64,000 bases of DNA from NCBI GenBank assembly GCA_963815455.1, contig CAWFGO010000001.1, forward strand, positions 800,001 to 864,000, given 5' to 3'. Under the pieces are notes generated by a model that made no database searches, had not been told where the DNA came from, and saw nothing but the letters and a program-made list of their open reading frames with translations. The position numbers were made by a program, and so were the translations under genes. This DNA is from an uncultured Verrucomicrobiae bacterium. Its GTDB lineage: Bacteria > Verrucomicrobiota > Verrucomicrobiia > Chthoniobacterales > UBA10450. Of the stretch, positions 21,354 through 31,196 are shown piece after piece. Every line of letters starts with the position of its first letter. Position 1 is the stretch's first letter.

Positions 21354-21848
21354 ATGCCCATTGCAGTTGGAACCAAAGCCCCAGATTTTTCCTTACCGAC
21401 CAAGACCGCCGAAGGACCGAAGCAGATCAAACTGAGCGATAATTTCGGGAAGAAGAACACGCTCCTCCTCTTTTTCCCGATGGCGTTCACCGGCGTTTGC
21501 ACGACCGAGATGTGCGAGATTAGCAAGGGCTTGAACGGCTATACCGATCTCAACGCCGCCGTTTACGGGATCAGCGGCGATAACCCGTTCGCGCAGGAAG
21601 CGTGGGCCCAAAAGGAGAAGATCGACGTGTCGCTGCTAAGCGATTACGAACACAAGGTCGCAAGCGCTTACGGCGTCGCATACGACTCGTTCCTGCCTCA
21701 GATAAATCTCGGGATGGGCGGCGTGGCCAAGCGATCCGCGTTCATTATCGACAAGAGCGGCGTGGTTCAATACGCCGAAAGCAACGACGACGCGAAACAG
21801 TTGCCAAATTTCGACAAGATCAAAGCGAAACTGGCGGAGTTGAAATGA
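21354..21848 (+). CDS. Peroxiredoxin (AhpC/TSA family)
   Basis: FFPMAFTGVCTTEMC, KRSAFIID; GGAGG ribosome-binding site. Confidence 0.92.
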   Translation: MPIAVGTKAPDFSLPTKTAEGPKQIKLSDNFGKKNTLLLFFPMAFTGVCTTEMCEISKGLNGYTDLNAAVYGISGDNPFAQEAWAQKEKIDVSLLSDYEHKVASAYGVAYDSFLPQINLGMGGVAKRSAFIIDKSGVVQYAESNDDAKQLPNFDKIKAKLAELK

Positions 21849-21861
21849 TCGCTTCCAGCGT

Positions 21862-21939
21862 TGTCATCCCGAGCAAAGCGAGGGATCTCACGACGTCGGT
21901 GATAATTTGCGAGGTCCTTCGCTTTCGCTCAGGATGACA
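21862..21939. repeat. GTCATC...GATGAC repeat, copy 4
   Basis: tgtcatcccgagcaaagcgagggatctc...gaggtccttcgctttcgctcaggatgaca. Confidence 0.85.
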
Positions 21940-21946
21940 GACGGAT

Positions 21947-24824
21947 ATGAACGACGAATTCAAAACGCTGAAGAAATTCGATGCCGGCAAGGGCCGGGAA
22001 GGATTTCTCCATTCACTGCCCGAGTTGGAGAAACAGGGCATCGGGAAAATTTCGCGGTTGCCGGTTAGCATCCGGATCGTGCTCGAGTCGGTGCTGCGCA
22101 ACTGCGACGGCAAGAAAGTTCGGCGCAAGGATGTCGAGATGCTGGCCAATTGGAACGCGAAGAAGCCGGCGAACGAAGAAATTCCGTTCGTGGTGGCGCG
22201 GATCGTTCTTCAGGATTTTACCGGTGTGCCGCTGGTTGTCGATCTTGCCGCGATGCGCAGCGCGGTGAAACGGGTCGGGGGCGATCCAAAAATCATCGAG
22301 CCGCTGGTGCCGGTCGATCTCGTGGTCGATCACTCGGTCCAGGTGGATTTCTTTGGCTCGGCTCAGGCGTTGCGGCTCAATCTCGACATGGAATTCAAAC
22401 GCAACCGCGAGCGCTATCAGTTTCTCAAGTGGGGCCAGCAGGCATTCCAGACGTTCCAACTCATCCCGCCTGGCATCGGCATCGTTCACCAGGTCAATCT
22501 CGAATACCTCGCGAAAGGAGTGCTTTCGCGAAAAATCGAAAATCGAAATTCGAAATTCGAAATTTTCTTCCCCGATACCCTCGTCGGGACCGATTCGCAC
22601 ACGACCATGATCAACGGGCTCGGCGTGGTCGGTTGGGGCGTCGGTGGAATCGAGGCCGAGGCCGGGATGCTGGGTCAACCGGTTTATATCCTGACTCCCG
22701 AAGTGGTCGGCGTGAATTTGAGCGGACGATTGAAGGAAGGCGTCACCGCGACCGATCTCGTCCTGCACATTACGCAGTTGCTGCGCGCGCAAAAAGTGGT
22801 GGGCAAGTTCGTTGAGTTTTACGGCGAAGGCGCGGCATCGCTGCCGGTGCCGGATCGCGCGACGATCGGGAACATGTCGCCGGAATACGGCGCGACGATG
22901 GGATTTTTCCCGGTCGATGACGAATCGGTTGGCGTATTTGCGCGCGACCGGTCGCACCGATGAGCAATGCGCCGCGTTTGAGAATTATTTCCGCGCCCAA
23001 AAAATGTTCGGCATGCCGGGCAAAGGCGACATCGACTACTCAGTCGACCTCGATGTCGATCTTGCCGATGTGCAGCCGGGCGTGGCCGGCCCGAAGCGTC
23101 CGCAGGACCGAATAAATCTTCCCGACCTCGGCGAAACGTTCCGTTCGCTTTTGCAGAAGCCGGTAAAAGACGGCGGGTACGGGAAGGCCGGTGTGGATCT
23201 TGGCGCGAAACATCTGGTTCAATTGAACGGCACACCGCCAGCCGACGGCGACATGCCATCGACGGATAAGCAAAACCAGGGCCTCGATCCGGGCGAAGAA
23301 CGCAACAAGCTCGAGATGATCTCGAATCGCCCTACGCCGGACACAGCAGAGGAATTGGAGGAATCTTCCGGCGACCCGTTCCACCACGGTCAAAGTCGAA
23401 TTGGTCACGGCAGCGTTTTGATTGCCGCGATCACGAGTTGCACGAACACGAGCAACCCGAGCGTAATGCTCGCGGCCGGGTTACTGGCCAAGAAAGCGGT
23501 CGAACGCGGATTGCGTGTCGATCCGGCGGTCAAGACTTCGCTGGCGCCGGGATCGCGCGTGGTGACCGATTATCTGGCGAAGACGGGATTGCAAACATAT
23601 CTCGATCGCCTCGGCTTCAATCTTGTCGGCTACGGCTGCACAACCTGCATTGGCAATTCCGGTCCGCTGCATCCGAAAATCGAAAAAGCGATTAGCGAAT
23701 ACGATCTGGTCGCGGCCTCGGTGCTTTCGGGAAATCGCAATTTCGAGGCCCGCGTGCATCAGAACATCAAAGCGAACTTCCTCATGTCACCGCCATTGGT
23801 GGTGGCGTTCGCGCTGGCCGGGCGCGTCGATGTCGATCTTACCAGGGAACCGATCGGGAAGGATAAGGACGGGAAGAAAACGTTTTTGCGCGATCTCTGG
23901 CCACAGTTGAAAGAAATCCGCGACGCCATGCAATCGGCGTTGAAGCCGGAGATTTTCCGGAACCTTTATCGCGATTTCGCCGAGCAAAATCCGAAGTGGA
24001 ACGAGATTCCGTCAACCAAAGGCGAGGTTTACGTTTGGGATGAAAAAAGCGATTACATCCACGAGCCGCCGTTCTTTGAGAATTTTTCGATGGAGACCGG
24101 CAAGATCGACAACATTACTGGCGCGCGCGCGCTCGGGATTTTCGGCGATTCGGTAACGACCGATCACATTTCGCCGGCGGGCGCGATCAAGGCCACGTCG
24201 CCGGCTGGACAATATCTGATCTCGCGCGGGATTAAGCCGGAAGATTTCAACAGCTACGGTTCGCGACGCGGAAATGATCTGGTCATGACCCGGGGAACGT
24301 TCGCCAATGTCCGGATCAAGAACCTGATGGTGCCGGGAACGGAAGGAGGCGTGACAAAACATCAACCCGACGGTGAACAGATGTCGATCTTCGATGCGGC
24401 GATGAAATATCAGGCCGCCGGAACGCCGCTCGTAATTCTTGCCGGGCACGAGTACGGCACCGGTTCGTCGCGCGACTGGGCGGCGAAAGGGACCCGCTTG
24501 TTAGGCGTAAAAGCCGTGATCGCGGCCAGCTACGAGCGGATCCATCGTTCGAACCTGGTCGGGATGGGCGTGTTGCCATTGCAATTTCTCGAGGGCACAA
24601 ACGCGCAAACGCTCGGACTCGACGGTTCGGAGACTTTTTCAATTACCGGATTATCCGACGCGATCCAACCAGGGCAGGATTTAAAACTCGAGATCGCGGG
24701 TAAAAATGGACAATCGCGCTCCGTGCCGGTGAAGCTGCGAATCGATACACCGATCGAGGTCGATTACTACAAGCACGGCGGGATCTTGCCGTTCGTGCTT
24801 CGGCAATTGCTCACGGGCAAGTGA
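21947..24824 (+). CDS. acnA: Aconitate hydratase A, one frameshift near 22930
   Basis: [62 protein letters not shown]. Confidence 0.96.
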
Positions 24825-24846
24825 ACAAAACCAGGCGAGCTCACGC

Positions 24847-25974
24847 ATGAAAAAACTGCGCGTAGCGGTGCTGTACGGCGGTCGTTCGGGCGAACATGAA
24901 GTTTCGCTGCAATCGGCTGCATCAGTAATCAATCATCTTGATCGCGATCGCTTTGAAATTGTGCCTGTCGCGATCGACAAGCAGGGTCGCTGGCTTCTCA
25001 ACGACATTTCTTTGCTGGAAGGAAAAAAATCTCTGCCCGTTTTCAAGGACGCGCCGAACGTTGTGCTCCCGCCGAATCCGGCGGGCCCAAACAGTGACAG
25101 CGCGTTAATTCGCCTGGGTGAAAGCGGAGAAGCGAGAAGCATCGACGTGGTCTTCCCAGTTATGCACGGGCCTCTCTGCGAAGACGGGACGATTCAAGGA
25201 TTACTCGAGCTGGCCGATCTTCCCTATGTCGGCTGCGGAGTGCTGGCGTCGGCTGTCGCGATGGATAAGGAGATGGCGAAACGCGTGGCTCGCGACGCCG
25301 GACTTCCGATTGTTCCTTATGTCTCGTCAAAGCATGGAGTTTGGAAAAAAGACACACAGCAGTTCGCGAGCAGAATCGAAAAGGAACTTGGTTATCCCGT
25401 GTTCGTAAAACCGGCGAATCTTGGTTCGAGTGTCGGCGTGCACAAAGTGAAAGAGCCAGGCGACCTGGACGCGGCACTCGAAGATGCGTTCAATTACGAC
25501 ACCAAGATCCTTGTCGAAGTGGCGGTGGATGCGCGCGAGATCGAATTGTCGGTTCTCGAAAGCCCGGGTGCGGGAGCCGATCCGCTGGTAAGCGTTCCGG
25601 GCGAGATCAATCCCGCGCATGAATTTTATTCTTACGAGGCCAAGTATCTGGATGAGAACGGCGCTGAGCTAATAATTCCGGCCAAGCTTGATGCCGATCA
25701 GACCAAACGAGTTCGAAAGATTGCGAGTGAAGCCTTCACCGCGCTCGGGTGCGAAGGGATGGCCCGCGTCGATCTCCTGCTCGACCGAACGAACGGAACG
25801 ATTTTCTTTAACGAAGCAAACACGATCCCGGGGTTCACTTCGATCAGCATGTATCCAAAATTGTGGGAAGCATCGGGGATCGGCTACACGGAGCTTTTGT
25901 CGAGGCTCATCGATCTTGCGATGTTGCGGCACGAACGAAAAACATTATTGGTTCGAGAGTTTCGCTCTCGATGA
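24847..25974 (+). CDS. ddl: D-alanine--D-alanine ligase
   Basis: GGRSGEHEVS, HGPLCEDGTIQG, KPANLGSSVG, YSYEAKY, NEANTIPGFT. Confidence 0.96.
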   Translation: MKKLRVAVLYGGRSGEHEVSLQSAASVINHLDRDRFEIVPVAIDKQGRWLLNDISLLEGKKSLPVFKDAPNVVLPPNPAGPNSDSALIRLGESGEARSIDVVFPVMHGPLCEDGTIQGLLELADLPYVGCGVLASAVAMDKEMAKRVARDAGLPIVPYVSSKHGVWKKDTQQFASRIEKELGYPVFVKPANLGSSVGVHKVKEPGDLDAALEDAFNYDTKILVEVAVDAREIELSVLESPGAGADPLVSVPGEINPAHEFYSYEAKYLDENGAELIIPAKLDADQTKRVRKIASEAFTALGCEGMARVDLLLDRTNGTIFFNEANTIPGFTSISMYPKLWEASGIGYTELLSRLIDLAMLRHERKTLLVREFRSR

Positions 25975-25990
25975 CGACGCGGCTATTGAA

Positions 25991-26702
25991 CTACGGGAGT
26001 CGCTCGCGAAGCAAAACTTGAATCGGCGATCCCTCCGCGATGAAAGCGGAGCGCGGGGGCACGTTCAGCGTTTCGACAAATTGTTCGCCATAGAGGGTGG
26101 CGACGTCGGCACGGAATTCGAAGCGGTCCGCGTTCCAAATTTTCCAGCGCGGATGTTCGACCCGGTATTCGCTGCAACCTTTTCGCAATGAAGTGTAGCC
26201 CCAGTAATGTTCGGTAATGAATTCCTCATGCGATCCTTGCGGGATCGCTTGCGGTTCTCCGGTCGCGCTCATTTTAAGCGATTCCCATTTGTGGCCGCGC
26301 CGCCAGGAATATTCAACTTTCAGGTTACCATCGACATGTTCGATCTCATGTTTCATCGGCACGGCGAGATAGTTCTCGCCGTAACAGGCGCGCGCGATCA
26401 TCGCGATTGCGCGGCGCGGAACCAACTCGCGGACGAAGACGACTCCACGTCGCCAGGTGTCGGCCGATTTTTTGCGCACGTAGAAACGCAGATTCACTTC
26501 TTCGAAATCGCGATGCAGGGGAATTGGCAGGCCGAGAAGTCGGGTATCGAGAAAGAGAAAGCCAACAACACTCACAAATGTTTCGCCGTTTTCGAAATCG
26601 ATTTCGGTGCCGGGCGGGACGAGCGGCGTCAGGATCCGCAGGATCGACAACGTAATTGAGCATGGCGAGATAGCGCCAGTTGGCGGTGAGAAATGGTTGC
26701 AT
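25991..26702 (-). CDS. DUF2071 (YqjF) family protein, frameshift near the 5' end
   Basis: FLTANWRYLAMLNY, FEEVNLRFYVR, FITEHYWGY, YRVEHPRW. Confidence 0.85.
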
Positions 26703-26721
26703 ACGAAGGGATCGCTTCTGC

Positions 26722-26813
26722 TGTAGCGGCGGTCTCCGACCGTCGCAAACGTTGCGAGAAAATCGGCAGGCGAGACGCCTACCGGCCGCCACAGGCAAGA
26801 TGCCTGTGCTACG
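26722..26813. repeat. GTAG-type REP cluster
   Basis: tgtagcggcggtctccgaccgtcgc (near-identical to 13468) and cacaggcaagatgcctgtgctacg. Confidence 0.75.
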
Positions 26814-26814
26814 A

Positions 26815-28983
26815 TTATCGCAGAAGCTTTTCGAGCGAGGTGTCGGGCTCGGCGCCGAGAGCGGTGGCTTTGGCGTAATGCTGCTTGGCCATTTCTCTAG
26901 CCGGCGGCTGGGCCGTGGCGTAAATGACCGCGAGATTAAAATGCGCGTCAGCGTATTGCGGATCGTCGGAGATGGCCTCGAGCAATTCTTTTTCGGCTGC
27001 TTCCTGCCAGCCTTTCTGGCTCGCGGTAATGCCGAGATAATTATGCGCGGTCGCGCTCTTGGGATTGATGGCGAGCGATTTGGTCAACTCGGTGAGGGCG
27101 GCGTCAAATTTGGACTGCCGATAATAAACGATGCCGAGTGTGGTGTGAGCAAACTCGTCCCGGGGCGAGACCGTGACCGCTTTCTTCAACGTCAGCTCGG
27201 CAGCCTTGAATCTCCCGGTGCGGAAGTAAACGACGCCGAGATTCGAGAGCGAATAAAGGTTGTTGGGACTTTTGGTTAGAATTTCCTGATATTGTTTTTC
27301 GGCCGATCGGAATTTTCCGCTCTCGAAATTTTTCTTGGCCGAGCGCGCGACCGGGACCAGCTCGTCCGGAACATCTGGTTTGAAGCCGCTTTGCGCCGTG
27401 GCCGCGCTGGCATTGTCGGTTTCCGCAGACTCGTCGTCGGATGACTCGTCATCGGCGCCATGAGCAGTCATACCCACAGAAGTCGCCGTCGTTTTTTTGG
27501 CGAAAGCAAAACTCGCTTTCATCGTGGCCGGGTTATTGTCCGAGAGAGAAACCACCGGTTGCCGGAGCAAAGCCAGTTCTTCATCGCTCAATTTGGCGAC
27601 CGGCTGAGCCAGGAGCTCGATCTGCTGGTTGAGCGTGTCGGATTTGACTTTGAGCTTGTCAAACTCCGCCAGCATAAGTTTCTTGGCCTGTTCCCGGCGC
27701 GCTTCTTCCTGCCGTTCGCGCATGACGATGTTGCGCAGCATGTCGTTTTCCTTTCGCAGCCGGACCGTTTCTTCGGCGGTCGCGCCGACCAGCTTCGCTT
27801 TTTCGAGCTGCGCCGCGGTGTTATCCAGTTGGGTCCGAAGAGCAACGACTTGCGTTTCGTAATCGCGATTCTGTTTTTGGCTGGCGGCGAGCTGTTGTTG
27901 GAGCTGATCGATCTGCCGTTTTATCTCGGCCAATTCCTGTTCCTTTTTCGGTTTTTCTTCGCTCAAGTCACGGACGGCCTTTTCCGCATCGGCCAGCTTC
28001 TTCTTCAAATCGGAATTTTCGGCCACGAGCACTTCCACCCGCTGCTGCGCTCCCTTCACGCCCTTCAATTGGGTGACAGCGTCATCGCGCTCTTTCGTGA
28101 TACCGGCGATCTGCCGGCTGGTCTCCAGCGCCTTGGCGTTGGATGCATCCCGTTCTTTTTCCGCAGTCGCGCGGGCCCCTTCCGCGGCGATGAGAGCATC
28201 TTTCAAGCGGGTAATCTCCGCGCGCAAAGCTACCTGTGTTTTACCGCCACCATCTCCTGAAGCCTGGATTTTTTTTAGCGACTCTTGAGCTTTGGAAAGC
28301 TGGTCGCGAACCTCTCGCTCCGATCCCTTCGTTTTCTCCAGTTCGCCGTGTGCATTTTCGAGCTTCGAGCTGATCTCTTTAAGCCGACCGTTCAAGGTTT
28401 CTTTTTCCTTTTGAGCAACGCCGAGCTGGCTACGCGACTTGTTCAATTCGGTCTGCAGTTGGTCGATTTCGTCATTTAATTTCTTGGTGGCTTCCTTGAT
28501 CGCGGCATCGCTCCGGGGAGCGGCGGGCGCTGCCGGCGCAGTTGGCTCCTCGGCGGGCGGTTCCGGTGCCCGGTGCGTTGTCACTTCCACACTCGGCTCC
28601 GGCCCTGTCGTCTGCTGGGCCGCTGGAGCCGGCACTGCATCGGTCTCAGTTACCGGAGGGGAGGCGGCGGCGAGATCGCCTTGGGTCGCAAGCTTATCCT
28701 GGAGTCGCAGGATGCTTTCGCTGATTTTGCGGCCGCGATAGTCGACGATGGCCGGTTGCCAGGTGCCGTGAGCCTTGCGCAATTCCTCGATCAGGCTGCC
28801 GGCAAAGCGGTACTTGGCCAATGCGGCTTTGAATTGGTTGTCTTGCTCCAATTTTTCGCCCTGTTGGGCGGTCATGTAAGCCTTGAGAAAAACGTCGCTC
28901 GGATCCTCGGCTTGCGCCGGGAGGCGGCCAGAGGCGACGAGCAGAAAGAAACCGGCCAGCAAAATCGAGCCGATTTTTCTCAT
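26815..28983 (-). CDS. Secreted coiled-coil protein with C-terminal TPR repeats
   Basis: Signal peptide, long heptad-rich region, TPRs (LSNLGVVY, AHNYLG, AHFNLAVIY). Confidence 0.85.
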   Translation of the reverse strand: MRKIGSILLAGFFLLVASGRLPAQAEDPSDVFLKAYMTAQQGEKLEQDNQFKAALAKYRFAGSLIEELRKAHGTWQPAIVDYRGRKISESILRLQDKLATQGDLAAASPPVTETDAVPAPAAQQTTGPEPSVEVTTHRAPEPPAEEPTAPAAPAAPRSDAAIKEATKKLNDEIDQLQTELNKSRSQLGVAQKEKETLNGRLKEISSKLENAHGELEKTKGSEREVRDQLSKAQESLKKIQASGDGGGKTQVALRAEITRLKDALIAAEGARATAEKERDASNAKALETSRQIAGITKERDDAVTQLKGVKGAQQRVEVLVAENSDLKKKLADAEKAVRDLSEEKPKKEQELAEIKRQIDQLQQQLAASQKQNRDYETQVVALRTQLDNTAAQLEKAKLVGATAEETVRLRKENDMLRNIVMRERQEEARREQAKKLMLAEFDKLKVKSDTLNQQIELLAQPVAKLSDEELALLRQPVVSLSDNNPATMKASFAFAKKTTATSVGMTAHGADDESSDDESAETDNASAATAQSGFKPDVPDELVPVARSAKKNFESGKFRSAEKQYQEILTKSPNNLYSLSNLGVVYFRTGRFKAAELTLKKAVTVSPRDEFAHTTLGIVYYRQSKFDAALTELTKSLAINPKSATAHNYLGITASQKGWQEAAEKELLEAISDDPQYADAHFNLAVIYATAQPPAREMAKQHYAKATALGAEPDTSLEKLLR

Positions 28984-29143
28984 GCGATGGCGGGACAAAA
29001 AGGTAGCCCGCCCGGTTCCAGTTACAATCCAGCCTTCCACGCAAATGTGAGAATAAGCGTGGAGCGTGCCAAAGGGAAGCCTGATTGCCTTTGCAAAACA
29101 AGATTCGGAACCTAAAATCCCTATTCCCGGCAGCGGGAGCGTT

Positions 29144-29216
29144 GGTGGCCGTAGCTCAATGGTAGAGCTCCAGATTGTGGTTCTGGCTGTTGCGGGTTCG
29201 AGTCCCGTCGGCCACC
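29144..29216 (+). tRNA. tRNA-His(GTG), with G-1; CCA not encoded
   Basis: GGTGGCCGTAGCTCAATGGTAGAGC, anticodon arm CCAGA-TTGTGGT-TCTGG, GGTTCGAGTCC. Confidence 0.95.
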
Positions 29217-29620
29217 CGCCTTCGCCGAGGCTCCGGCGGGCGGGCCCGCTTCATTTCGATTTTCGATCTCTGCGGCCACCACCTAATCCGGTCGATCCAG
29301 GCGGCATGCTGGTTGCTAAACGGGGTCCCAATGAATTCGAACATCGACTTCAACGAACAATTTGAATCTTTCAAGGCAGCTTCAACTCTTTGGGAACGAA
29401 TCCTGACCGCGGAAGAGCTGCGCAACTGCGACGATCTCAAAAATTGGTGGCCGGGTGTGAGATCATAGCCGCGCTGGACGGCAGAGATCTTCTGGCCGCC
29501 TAGCATCTTGTTGCTCTAGCCAGGTCCAAGAGAGCGGCTTATAGCCGCAGTTGTCGATCTTTGCTTGAGCGAGGTGTGGTCTCGCTTACAATCGCAAATC
29601 GACAATCGAAAATCTTCTCT

Positions 29621-29697
29621 GTGCCTGTAGCTCAACTGGATAGAGCTTCTGACTTCGGATCAGAAGGTTGGGGGTTCGAATCCCTCCAGGCACGCCA
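29621..29697 (+). tRNA. tRNA-Arg(TCG)
   Basis: GTGCCTG acceptor, TCTGA-CTTCGGA-TCAGA anticodon arm, GGTTCGAATCC, encoded CCA. Confidence 0.95.
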
Positions 29698-29811
29698 TTT
29701 CCATTTTGATCTTGGATTGGCAATTTCGGATTGCCGGTTCCCATTCGCACAATCTGCTCGAACAAATCGGATCCACAGATTACTACAATATGGCCGGAGA
29801 AAACGAACCCT

Positions 29812-30408
29812 ATGAATGCAAAGTTCATTATCAGAATCGTCCTTATCTTGTCTTTGGCGTTGGGCTCAGTTGCTCGCGCGACCGCAAATCCCAAAAAGAA
29901 AACCGAGATCGCCGCGGCAATCGAAAATTACATCGACAACACCAGCAAGAGGTCCGCTGACGGACGATTCAATGTGAAATATCAAGGCAGGAACCTGGGA
30001 TTTCCTCCTCCGTTTCTTCCAGTTGTTATGTCTCCAATCGCCAGAATCGGACATCATGTCTTGCATGAATTGACCACGCCAGCCTCTATGGGAGACACCA
30101 CGTCGGCAACCAATGAAACCGCGACCTACATGGTATCTCTGCCTGACGGAAAACTCGTGTGGGCTCGAATAAAAGATGGCACCTTAATACTGGTGCATGA
30201 CGAACGGCTCTTCAGTCTCGGCGGCGGAAGCTATTCTGTTTGCGTGGATATGATAGGCGGTGACGGCCGGGTTTACGACGTTGATTTCGTTTTCAATCGA
30301 TCGCCCGGAAATGTGAGAGTGACCGAAACTTCCATGCATAGGGTCGACCGGAAACCACTTTACGACTGGAGAAAAGAAGGCGGCGTCTGGAAGAAATCCA
30401 AGACTTAG
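29812..30408 (+). CDS. Secreted hypothetical protein
   Basis: Signal peptide; C-terminal VHDERL...CVDM...YDVDF...HRVDRKPLYDW...W. Confidence 0.7.
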   Translation: MNAKFIIRIVLILSLALGSVARATANPKKKTEIAAAIENYIDNTSKRSADGRFNVKYQGRNLGFPPPFLPVVMSPIARIGHHVLHELTTPASMGDTTSATNETATYMVSLPDGKLVWARIKDGTLILVHDERLFSLGGGSYSVCVDMIGGDGRVYDVDFVFNRSPGNVRVTETSMHRVDRKPLYDWRKEGGVWKKSKT

Positions 30409-30481
30409 CATCCTCGGAGGGTACAAAACCCAATCAACAAATCTGCGATTGCGGATTAGCGATTGTCGAGCACCCCATCAA

Positions 30482-31189
30482 ATGAAGAGTCGCGCAGGCC
30501 GCTCCCAGCTTGATTCAACGATCGTCGAGATCGAGCTCACGTTGGTCAGCATCATCCAGGGCGTCGCGCTGATGGTGTTGATCGAAAGTGCCCGCGATAT
30601 CATTTCCGAGCACCGCCTGATTTTTCTCCCTTATGTCTTCAGCGGCTTGTTTATCATTTTTATTTTCTGGTCGCGAGCAGTGCTGCACATCATCACTGTC
30701 ATTCGATGGCCTCTGGAATTTGGGCATAACTTTCTCTACATCGCGTGCGCGCTCGTTGAAGCGATTCTCCTCGCGCAATTAGCGAAACCCCTGACCTGGT
30801 TTGAATTCGGCGCCGTATTTATCGCCACGGGATGGGTCCTGTTCTTTTACGACCTGCGTCTTATTTACGCTCGGATGCGGGACAGCGCGGGCGAAGCGAG
30901 CAACCGCCTTTGCCAGCTAGTCCGGCGCGATCAGTGGCTCAATCTGGCGCTGCTGTTGCCCGGGGTGTTTATCCTAAACGTGGCGTGCACCATCTTTATC
31001 CGGCTGCGACCGGACTTCTTCCTGGCCCGCAACGGCCACATCTGGCTCATAGCGATTCAGCTCGTTTCCTTTGCCGGGTATCTTTTCTACATCGTAAAAT
31101 TTTATACGGGTCTGGCGCCGTTTATAGCGCGGGCCCACGCGGAATGGCGGGCCAAAGGCGACACGGACGATTCTGAAAACGTGGCATAG
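30482..31189 (+). CDS. Hypothetical multi-pass membrane protein
   Basis: About 6 TM helices; IELTLVSIIQGVAL. Confidence 0.75.
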   Translation: MKSRAGRSQLDSTIVEIELTLVSIIQGVALMVLIESARDIISEHRLIFLPYVFSGLFIIFIFWSRAVLHIITVIRWPLEFGHNFLYIACALVEAILLAQLAKPLTWFEFGAVFIATGWVLFFYDLRLIYARMRDSAGEASNRLCQLVRRDQWLNLALLLPGVFILNVACTIFIRLRPDFFLARNGHIWLIAIQLVSFAGYLFYIVKFYTGLAPFIARAHAEWRAKGDTDDSENVA

Positions 31190-31196
31190 GGGCATA

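Noticed and set aside
29621..29697. tRNA-Arg(TCG) as a sign of an altered genetic code
   Set aside because: This anticodon is a normal Arg isoacceptor in many bacterial lineages.
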